A stretch of 64,000 nucleotides of DNA from Paraspadella gotoi. Its lineage: Eukaryota; Animalia; Chaetognatha. The number at the start of each line of letters is the position of its first letter. Position 1 is the stretch's first letter. This document shows positions 1 to 10,143 of the stretch, piece by piece. The translations under genes were made by a program, and so were the position numbers. The stretch is from assembly GCA_051294375.1 (NCBI GenBank), contig CM119267.1:20963755-21027754 (forward strand), given 5' to 3'. Below the pieces are notes generated by a model, which made no database searches, was not told the origin of the DNA, and saw only the letters and a program-made list of their open reading frames with translations.

Positions 1-229
1 TTCCATGCAAAACTACTTCTAGATTCCATAAAAACTTTACATCGCTCAATCACACACTTTCCTTAGCCCACACACAAAAATTAACTCTCACACCCTAACA
101 CACCGTAGTCGCAGGATTGGGCCCACGATTATTGGGCCCATCACATAAATTGACGACGCCCATATACGTGTGGTACATTGCACCCACACGTAGCCATGCT
201 GCGCCACATAGCAATATGCACCCATGTAT

Positions 230-600
230 TCCGCCCACGTAAGATTTGCGCCACGCCCCACGCCACCGCCCACGCCCCACGCCAATTAGGATTAATCGAA
301 TAACTTCTATGGGTATAAAATTAGTTAAAAAGATTTTTCATAACTTATTGCCACGCCACGATCTTCCATCGAAACTTCATAACTAGGCTCATCAACCACT
401 TCCCTACCCCACAGACAAAATTTCATTCCAATTCCAACATCCTAAATCACGGAGTAATAAGATATTTGGTTAACGCGGTGACGAACCGACACCGGGACAG
501 ACAGACAGACAACAGACAGACGGACGTCACGCGCCACGGACATCGTTTTTTTGGCTTAATTTATCATAATTTGATGTTTCTTATGAAAATAATGATTTAC
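230..600. mobile_element. DINE-1/HINE-like (Helentron-derived) non-autonomous repeat fragment
   Basis: CACGCCCAC-type repeats (250-283), an AAAATTTCA...'self-describing' core and a (GACA)n/GACGGAC tract (496-526) followed by a T-rich end. This layout resembles DINE-1/HINE elements; family assignment is by resemblance only. Confidence 0.35.
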
Positions 601-794
601 CAACTTTGGCTGGTGGTACCAGAGTCGGACCGACAAAGGTGGATGCTATAGAGTCGGGAACTGGCTGACAAGCAGGATCCGACTAAAAATTAAGTATTAT
701 ATTAGACTGCATTATATTATGAATATTCATGAATGACTATCTGAAAACTTGCCAACAAAAAAAAATTATGGCTATCCCGCATTTAATGCGAAAA

Positions 795-1070
795 TTAAAA
801 ATGATGTTCCAAAAACACCGCCCTCAACGTCACAAAGACTCGTTTGTTACCCGATCGCTGGCACATCTGGCGAGAGTTGAACTTTGTGCGGGCCAGCGCT
901 AACATTTCTTCCGCTCGGTCTTCCCAGTGCAGCCCAGAGGGGCAGGGAATGGCCGAGCCATCAATTTTCCCCCCCGCGACACTGGAAGAAACACGTGCAG
1001 TTCTTCGGCGGTCCGGGGCGTACTCTTTTCCGATACAGGGAGGTCTCTCGTCACCGATTGATTGCGGACC
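795..1070 (-). pseudogene. Coding-like relic, unknown protein
   Basis: Stop-to-stop open frame of about 91 codons ending ...WEDRAEEMLALARTKFNSRQMCQRSGNKRVFVTLRAVFLEHHF*. It shares a V.LRAVF motif with the frame at 3537-3995. Confidence 0.3.
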
Positions 1071-3326
1071 CTAACGTAGGCCGTTTGGGAAATTGACAGT
1101 CCAACAATTAAGTTCACATAACGGGACTTTCTCGTTCAGCTTCCCACAAAAAATACCGTGCGTTAACTTTAAGCAAACGAATTCATTCTATTCTCTTTCT
1201 TTTGCCTTCTTATTATCAAGGAGCTGTACTTTTGTCAGGTGTAAGTGATGGGTTGTTGGTCGCTCGAGAAACGAAGGTTGTTGCTTCCGGCCTTGGATCT
1301 CATAAACGCGCCGAACATCCGCAGGCGACGCACGCCAGAAGGCCGCACAGGACCGGACTCGATGGAGACGAGAGAGACGACGAGACGAGAGTGAGTGAGA
1401 GAGAGAGAGAAGAGAGAAGAGAGAGAGAGAGAGAAAAACAGGAAGACATTAAGGCAATGGTTTCAGGGGATGGAAAGAAAAATATAAGAGAAGCGAAAGA
1501 AAAAGAGATGGAATGACAAATATGATGAGAGGGAGAATGGAAACAGATATGACGAAATAAGCATATTATTCCCACCAATTGAGAAAAATGGCTAAGTTAT
1601 CATTCAAGTTGATATTTCGGACAACACGTTTCTCAATGAGACTGTATGTACTAATCTCCTTTTTTATTGTACCATATAAATTTTATGTATGTATGATAGC
1701 TGAAAGTGGGCGTAACCACCAAACGTAATATAAGTTATATTATACTGGTTATCTATATGGGTATTATATCAGTGGTTATTCCTTTTTAAAACAAGTATAC
1801 GGACTTTCAAGGAGGTCACTCACCCGCGAGGATGGCAAACAAACCAAACTCGTGTCGCAAACATTTTTTCTACTTAATTTATCATTTTCTATCGGCCACA
1901 AGAACGGACTTGAAAATTTGAGAGGAAAAAAAACACGAAGGAAACTAATCGAGCGCGATCGAAAATTTAATATGCGTTATTTCAAAAAAAAAAAAAGGGA
2001 AATCGAAACTAAGAAAACAATGAGGCGTGGATTTCGGATCATATACCTCACCCCGTCAAAGAGGAAGAGGGGGAGGAAAAGAAACAAGTCACTGCAGTCC
2101 GTTGACGACGACGGCGACGAAGAAAGACAAGACGACGACAAGGCCGAAGTAACGGTCTTAACCGGAAAAAAATCGGCCCAAAAATCAAATTAAGTTTTGC
2201 TTCTAAACTCGACTAGGATGAGGTGAGGACCGGGAAACCCCCCACGCCTAAGGGATGAATTGGGGCGAATTTAGTGCTGGGATTTCGACGGAATTCGTGG
2301 ATGGTTTTTTTAGAAGCGAAGCCTTTCATTTCTTTGAGTTGGGGACCGAATTAACTACCCACAATTTAACCCATTAAAATTTAAAAAGGTAGAAAAGAAA
2401 GTCGGCGAAAAAGACCGCTTAGTAAAAAAAATAAGGAGGCATTGTATCGTGAGACATGCTAGAGATGCCCAGTGTGTGAGCATCTCGCGCACATCTGGCG
2501 CTCAGTGGTTTGGACCTGCAGAGGCACCACCCATGTCACTGCTTCGAGTTTATTGTTCACTCAACAACACTTAACGCAGCGTGACTACGAAGAAGTACCG
2601 AAGGGATTGAAACCGGAACTTCACGGTAGGTGGCCAATGGGACGATCTGTCTTTCACTAAATCATACGCGGAGGGAATCTTAGGATTCCGTCATAGAGCT
2701 AAGTATAGAAGAAAGAAAAATGAACGAAAGAAAATAAGGAAGGAAAAGGAAGAAAAGAAGTGAAAGAGAAAAACAAGAGTAGTAGAACAAAAAGGTTTAG
2801 ATGAAAAACAATAGGAAATTAACGAAACATTAACAAAACAGGTACGAAAAATGAGAACGTACTTCTTCTTCTAACATTTTTTAGCTTTTAAAAATTGGAC
2901 CGGAACATATTCTAATTTGCCTCATGAATTTTCATTCCAAAAAAACAAAAAAAAACAAAGGAAAATTCATTCGACTCGAGTCGCGGCTCGCTTCCGAAAA
3001 GAGGTATAATCCTGTGACATCCTCTTCAGCGGCCTCGGTAGTGATGACATTCTTCTTCACGAATGTTCACAGGCGCATGATTCTCACTGCCGACTCCAGA
3101 ATCCCCGATTTACCCTTTTTCGCCGATATCTTGGTATAAGGAAATATTCGTACTGTCCTTATTTATACAGACGATGGCGCTAATTGGCGACAAAGGCCTC
3201 CATTCCTCTTGCAGTCAATATTCTTTGTGTAATTTCTTAAATTTTCTTGTTACTATTTCTAAAATTTTTCTTAAAAAGTAACATTAACTTTGCCATTATA
3301 TTTTATGAAATCTGGTACAACCAAAA

Positions 3327-3995
3327 TTAAAAAATTACCCACAAGAATTTAATAGATAAAGGCTATCTTGCCCCTGAGCCTTGTGATAGCCAGATCACTG
3401 CTTTCAACAAGACGTCTCTTAATTCTATTTATTTTATTTTATTTTTTGGAAGTAACTTTCCGTTACTGCATTTCTATAATTAAATATTTTTAAAAGCGAA
3501 CAATAACCTATTATAAAACTTTTGTCAACCGACAACCTATTGATTTTTTCTCGCCAAAAAAGGTAATCGAAAGAAGATTTTAGTGATAGTCCGGTTGTTT
3601 TCATCTCGCCTCGTACCCGAGCCCTCTCGGAAGAATACGGCGCGCAATTCAACCCACAACTTAAGAGGTGGCCAAATCTCGTCATTCACATCTGTCAAAT
3701 GGAATCTTGAATAGATTTTTCTGGTGCGTGAGTCGATGGCCGAGCGGGGCCGACCTCGGTATGGCTGAGAGGAGAGTGGCGACCCGACGATGGCGCGTAA
3801 AGGAGGTGACGCAAAGACCGAACTTCGCCTTTTTGTAAATCCGTCCTCGTTAAAATTTTTACTCAGATTACAATCGTAATTCTTCCCCTTAAACCCATTG
3901 TAAAAGAAAGAGACGTCTTCGATCCGATCACTGTCCTGTCGGCGGAGGACGAGCGAAAAAAAAAGAACGTTCCCTTTGTTTCTACTGCTTACTTT
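3327..3995 (-). pseudogene. Degraded fragment resembling the N-terminal region of Polinton/Maverick-type pPolB (DNA polymerase B-associated) proteins
   Basis: Hand-translated stop-free frame 3995->3537 (about 152 codons; absent from the ORF track because it has no early start codon): ...DVSFFYNGFKGKNYDCNL...PLKLWVELRAVFFREG...ITKIFFR. After a frame break comes IELRDVLLKAVIWLSQGSGAR*PLSIKFLWV (3428-3333), resembling the 'EGSGW..SI..L' motif. Similarity is from recall, not from a search. Confidence 0.4.
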
Positions 3996-6269
3996 TTATC
4001 TTTAAGATGTCCACGTCGCAAGTGTCTATTACGTTTCCCCCACTTGAAAAAAAACCAATCAGGAAATCGCCAAAAATAATATAGGAATTTATCGAAAAAG
4101 AAGCAATCTATGCTATCTCTCTTTAATCATTTCCTGAAAAGTTCTTTCGTTGTGGCTGAGAAGGTACGTGAGCGTCGTCCGGCCGGGTCATGCTTGCGGA
4201 AGGAAGAAACTGACACTAAAGACCACGAGTCGACGTAATAAATACTGCCATTTATTCTACAATCTTCAGATCATTTCACACAGAGTGTTGAATGCCGACG
4301 GCCAGAAGCACGAGTTGTCTCTCACTCATTCACGGTTTTATGGTTGTGGTTGTCATGCGCCGGGGGGAGAAGACGATGACTCGGAACGTCTTTGCCTAAT
4401 CCATGGTTAAGACGAACATCAAAGGATGCTTTTGCTTTTGGTAAAGAGAGTTGAGGTTCATTTAGTCAAGCAAATCAGTCCAACATAAATCAAATCAAAG
4501 ACGAAATCAATCAAATTCAAGGAAATCATTCAGTTCCGACAAATATAATCTTTAAGAATAAGTAACCACTTTAAAATTCAGAGTCGTTTTCTGTATTCAA
4601 GAAATATATCTGACTGGGAATTTGAGCCAAAAACGAATAAGGGGATAAATAATTCTGCATCCAATCTCCCCGGACGATCGGTGCACCTCGGTCAAACAAA
4701 CGTTCTTCAATGCTAAATTATTTCTTTTTGGTGGTTTGACGAAGATTCTCACTCGGCTTCCAAAAGCGGCACCTCACGTCTTTGGTGTCAGACTTTACCG
4801 GTGAGCATTGGAGCTTGGCTTCTAACAACCACAAAAATGGTATTTCCATGTTTTTTTTTTTCCTCAACGAATTTAGCCTCAAACAAAGTCAAAAGCTGTT
4901 ATGGTTACAACTGTATTTCGCCGCTTACATATATATAAACAGCAATATGCTCTGACAACCAAACATACAGGTCAATTTTTTTTTTCTTCCGAGGGCGAAC
5001 CATTTTTCTTTCTTGTTATGAAAAAAAAATTTTTTAGATAAAAAGTTTAAACAAACGCACCCCCAAAATGATTTTAAAGGTCAATATAGGAATTTGAATC
5101 GTTTTTTAAAAAAGATGAAGAAAGATCAAAAGCGTATTCTGTATTTCGCTAACAATTATACAAGAGATATCGGGGAAAACAAATGAAAAAACGCAACAGT
5201 CAATTGAAAGGATTCATCATTCCTGTGCGAAGTTTTGGTCTGAACTGTTGCCCGCCTGGTTTTTTTTCTTAGAGCTTTCAGGCAGTAAAATAATATGACC
5301 AGTTTTGGGTTATGGAAAAAGAGAAGCACGGTTAAACGAATAAAATGGAATTGAATAAAAAACATCTCACTTTTAGGCGCTTTGCTTACGGATTAGTAAT
5401 AGAACAAACTAAATAAAAGCAGGAATAGCACAGTCAAAGTTGATCTACCAGTTCCTGTGCAAAAAACAAGAAGCACACTCTTCCACAACTCTTCACTCTT
5501 ACAGTAGCGCTCGTTTTTACACACATAAAGAAAAATTATGAATGATATAATGTAGATTTCTCGGAAACTGCGGAAAACCATTGAAATTGTACAACGTGTA
5601 AGTGATACAACAGTACTATGTGTAGAGTTGGAAAAGAAACATCAGGTCAAAGGATTCCAAGAGCACACTATAGCTCTCTGCAAACCCAAGTGAGTCAAAC
5701 AAATAATTTTGTCGACATTTGAGTCGCTTCAAAAAACAATTCTGCACAGCATGCATGCCGCAAAAACCAGAAGGATACTTTTTGGCCTTACATTTATCGG
5801 CTCATTGTATTATGTATTTTTAAAAAAAAATCTATAAAAAATAAGGACTTTATAACGGAAATCATATGTCATTCCAGAGCTACAGCTGTAACTGCAGCTT
5901 TATTACTCTTTAAAAATCAACTGCTTGCCTGTAACGGAATATTCCATGGATTAACCAAATTTATACCCCAATAGTTCCTTTTCCAAAAAAATATTATTCA
6001 CTTATAACCTATCTTTTCATTTTAATAGGACTAACTTAATTAATTTATGAGTTTTTAACAGCAGTAATAAGCTACATCAACGAGAGTAGTCAAATCTTTT
6101 AATTTACTAATAAGAATAACACACACATAAAAATTTCAATTTCTAATAATTGACTATAAATATATGAAGAGTTGAAGATAAGTCCAATCTGAGTGATGAG
6201 CATTTATACCAATCAAAATAGCTAAATTATTATCACAATGATGAACGAAAGAAGAGCGAATCTGACTGA

Positions 6270-6610
6270 GATAACAAAAAAAGTAATAGCAAAGAGACAG
6301 AGGAAATAGAAAAGAGAAGAAATAGAGAAAGAATAAAGAGAGAGAGAGAGAGATTTAGATAGAGAGCAGAGACAAGAGCATAAGATAGAAGATAGATAGC
6401 ATAGACTAGATCAGATAGATAGATAGATCAGATAGACTAGCAGAGAGAGAACATACGTGAAAAGAGATAAAGAGAGCAGAGAGAAGAATTAATACGAGGA
6501 GAGAGAGGAGAGAGAGAGATGATCGACGATGAGAGAGAGAGATCTTAGAGAGACCGAGAGAGAGGAGAGAGAGATGAGAGAGAGAAAGAGAGAGAGAGGA
6601 GAGAGAGAGA
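6270..6610. repeat. Degenerate (AG)n/(AGAT)n microsatellite
   Basis: Directly visible purine-rich repeat tract. Confidence 0.9.
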
Positions 6611-6673
6611 ACACAGGAAGAGCGGGAGTTTAACTAGAGGTCTCCCATATACAAGTTTCTCTCAGTGCAGCCC

Positions 6674-6897
6674 TCAACAGTGGGTCATTTCGAAGGCAGA
6701 AACCCGCCTCTTGTTCCCCAGGGACACGAGCCTTCCAGTTTGTCGGGGAACAATCGAAAGTGGCTCCAGCGGCTCCAAATGACCGGCATCTGCTCCGTGA
6801 CCGTAACGGCGGTGGGAGCAGCTATATACATATACGTGAATGGCGGCTTCGGGGTCGGCAGTACCGGCTCCAGTAGCGAGGAGGTCACTTCTTTGAC
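6674..6897 (-). CDS. Candidate terminal exon (exon C) of an unknown spliced gene
   Basis: Acceptor ccactccag| at 6898-6900. The phase-1 frame is open to TGA at 6674 (QRSDLLATGAG...FEMTHC*), and a second frame is also open. With a phase-2 junction translation would stop at 6885 (RSKK*). Confidence 0.35.
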
Positions 6898-7085
6898 CTG
6901 GAGTGGCATTAGACATACGGGCAATAAACGTTTATGAAAATTTTTACGCAAATTAACACTTTCTGAGTAATGGGTTTATAAGAAAGCAAAAGGTAAAAAA
7001 CCACGAGGAGAGGCATGACTTCTTTTCGCAAAGTGGATTACGATCAGTCAACCGACAACAACGACAACCGACAACAACGACTAAC

Positions 7086-7287
7086 CTTATCTCACGCATG
7101 TCTTCGCCCTGCTGAGATCCGCGCATATTCTGCGTCCCACCCGGGCCCAGCATGCGTCCGCCCACCAACGCCGACCGAATCGTATGCACGTCGCCCTCGT
7201 GCTGCCGCCCGTCGGCAAACTTACGCGCGTGTGCGGCATTGCCAGCCCGGAACGCGGATCTCTGTGTCGCGATGTCCCGCCAAAGAT
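7086..7287 (-). CDS. Candidate internal exon (exon B) of an unknown spliced gene
   Basis: Acceptor ctcaaccag| at 7288-7290. Open frame DLWRDIATQRSAFRAGNAAHARKF...EDMREI continues exon A in phase. Candidate donors are AG|GTTAGT (7085), C|GTGAGA (about 7094) and C|GTAAGT (about 7224). Confidence 0.4.
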
Positions 7288-7613
7288 CTGGTTGAGGTTT
7301 AGATCCGATCATCACTCGACTTTACCGCATAAGATTTCACCCCCAACATTTTAACGTCCTTGGGACGCTTCGCGTTTCATAATCAATTCACGCGTTTATC
7401 AACTACCGAACTTAACAACTCGCATAAACTGGAAATAAGTTATCTTTCATCTTAAATTCTGTTCTGATCTGATTTGTTAAATTCTTGTTCTCCATGTATG
7501 TACAACTACTGTCAATTCCAACTTAAATGATGTTATACCATTGAATTTCACATTCACAACACTGCACAGACTTCCACTCTTTCCATCCTCCTCCTACTTC
7601 AGTACCACCCTAC

Positions 7614-7882
7614 CTTTATTGATTTCCGCCGACCGACGATGACGTAATTCGTCGTCAAACGTGCGAGTTTGCAGAGTGAACCGTTTAGATCGCGGTGCGA
7701 CGTCGTGTTTCTCTGACGACGGCGGCGCCACGCCCTCCGCGTCCTCCATCCGTACGTCCCGCTTGCTTCGTCGGACGGATCTGCGTTTCGCCCAGACAAA
7801 ACGAACATCCAGGTAGTCGAGTTGGCGGCGCGAGGCGTCGGACGCCGGACTCGGGATGGAACGGACGCGGATCTTACGGTAC
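7614..7882 (-). CDS. Candidate internal exon (exon A), basic protein with several RxxR furin-type sites
   Basis: GC-rich 269-bp block between AT-rich flanks. Acceptor catctcgcag| and donor AAAG|GTAGGG. It holds 89 stop-free codons: YRKIRVRSIPSPASDASRRQLDYLDVRFVWAKRRSVRRSKRDVRMEDAEGVAPPSSEKHDVAPRSKRFTLQTRTFDDELRHRRSAEINK. Confidence 0.5.
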
Positions 7883-9885
7883 CTGCGAGATGTTGGGGCT
7901 TTTTGTCTGTTTTTTTGTTTTTAATTGCGACTTTTTCATTTGAAATTAGGCCTATTAGCTGACAAAAAATAGCATCTAATTCGTTTTTTTTATGTTTTAA
8001 CAGTTATTGAACATTGATAGTGACGTTGAGTCATGATGCGTAGGTAAGGATTCCCTGTCCCCCTCGTATTTACATGGCTTCTCATGTGCCCTTATTCCTC
8101 TGCCAGCATAAATTCTCCTGAATGGCCGGGCATCATTTTGGATTTCCTTCGGGGAAACATCGGGAATGACGACGTAGGCGACCGGAATCTTTCGCCGGCC
8201 AAGATTCTTTCGTTGGAAATCTTCTCGCGATCTCCATGGGGGACTGGTGGTTGGCCTTGACCGAAAGTACGTTCGGTTAACAGTACAGTTTTTTATTTTA
8301 AATCGCTATTTAAACAGTTAAAATTTTCTATCAATTTTTATATTACATTATTATCCTGTTCATCTCCCCGACATCTAAATATAAGTTTTTCCCTTTTTAC
8401 CTTTTTGGGAGGAACCAATTAGACTTCAAAGTTCACACTACATCTTTAAACATGTTTTGATGTTCACTTGTTTCAGATTTCCCGCTTGATGCGGTCTTGT
8501 TCACTTTTTCTCTTTTTCCTTCATCTGATCCGCCACCTGCCGCCTCTTGGTCGATTCTTGCCAAGCGAAGGCGGAGCAGGATTCCAAGAAGTAATTGATT
8601 CTCGATGTAGATGAAGGCATTCGGCCGTTACGGAATCGCCGCCGACGCTAGGCATGGAAAGATGCTGTGCTTCGCCCAATCAGGTTCCTGCTTGCTTCAA
8701 AATCAAATGGAAAAAACAATTTGGACTTCTGTTTCTTTTTTTGACGTCGTTCATTGCTGTTCGCTTCCGAGCTAACCAGTTCTTCTTCTTTAATACCGTA
8801 ATTGAATCGCTTGAATGATCTGACCGACTGGTGCTGCATCCTGTTTTCGCTCTGTTCGAGATGCCGAAATGACGCGAATCGAGCTTAATGTGATGGATGC
8901 GAAAGAGTTGAACAGTTCAGAGTTCATCGTCGGATCGACTCTCAGGGTCCGCGGAATCGGAGTTCGATCGAACTCTGTCTTCCTGTCAAAGGGTTATGAG
9001 ACCGCGTCGCCTGCTCTTCATGTCGCTCATGCCGCGGTCCAGGCGTCCTTGAAATTCCTTGCAGTACTGGAGCTGCCTGCGGTTGCATCGCGAGCGTCAA
9101 CGTCGGCCGTCCAACGGCCAATCAACAGCCGTCCAACGTCAACCGTTATCGGACACCAGAGACTCCCCGAGAACTCTAATCAGCCACTCTCGCAACGCCC
9201 GACTTGAACAAAAAGCGAAACTTTTAAGCTAACCAAATCATTGGCCTCCTACTACGATTTTATAGACCAAGAATTTAACTCCACTCATACCGTTCATTCA
9301 CGCGGCCATTGGCCCCCGTGGGGAGGCAAGTCGACTTCGCAAACGCTCCACGTACACAATAAGCCGTGCCGGGGTTCTAGCCCGGGTGCATCGTGTGTTC
9401 CTCTAGAGCAGTTAAGAGGGGCGGGCGCTTAAGCCCGCCTTTGCTATGTAACATTTGTGTTACAGCCTTGTTCGAAAGCTCAAGGGACCTGCTGTAATAT
9501 TGGAACGGTTCTGCACTAACACAATAACTCACATAAAATTATTACTCATCTTCATGTGTAAATTCTTCGTTGCACATTTAACGTGGTTCGCCCGACTGAC
9601 AATGACCCCTGCATGCGCCCCGACGCCCTCGAACATCTTTCGCGTGCGTGACCCGTTCGTGCCAGGCTGACGCTGACCACGTCTGTCGCCGTCGCCCGGG
9701 GCCAGCCGATTGCTGTTAGAAGTCGCCCGACTATGCGTATCGTCGCCAGCGTGGAGAAAGAGCGGGAACTCGCGGGTGAATATACGTACACGGCCCGTCC
9801 GTTTATATTCGGACGACCTCCGAGCGAACGCCAACGACCCTTAAACGCTCGTCCGCCCTTCGAAATTAGATTAAGGTAAGACAAA

Positions 9886-10143
9886 TTAGGAATCAAACCA
9901 GCAGAGGTTAAGGCGGACGCAAATTTCTGCTTCGACTATCCCCGGCGCGTCTGGAGGATGACCGTGCTTCTGATGATGCGGTAGCAGTGTTTGGGTCGAA
10001 GTTCCTCGCCCAGGAGGACTCTTGATGCCCATTGTTGTTCCCTTGTCCCAGTAACCGAGAGGTGACGGAAGCCTTCGGACGTCGGAATCTTGGAAAAAAA
10101 GTCCGCAAGGTCCTCTTCGTCGTGGCGTGTTCATAGAGGCCGC
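9886..10143 (-). CDS. Candidate exon or coding relic, unknown product
   Basis: Strong acceptor ttcttctatttctcccag| at 10144-10146 followed by a GC-rich block. All three frames are largely open, and protein-like segments (HDEEDLADFFSKIP, LGYWDKGTTMGIK, VLLGEELRPKHCYRII) lie in different frames, suggesting indels. Confidence 0.3.
   Translation of the reverse strand, partial: AASMNTPRRRGPCGLFFQDSDVRRLPSPLGYWDKGTTMGIKSPPGRGTSTQTLLPHHQKHGHPPDAPGIVEAEICVRLNLCWFDS

Noticed and set aside
861-2500. Shared 12-mer GCACATCTGGCG at 861 and 2489
   Set aside because: The flanks do not align, and one 12-mer match is expected by chance in 64 kb.
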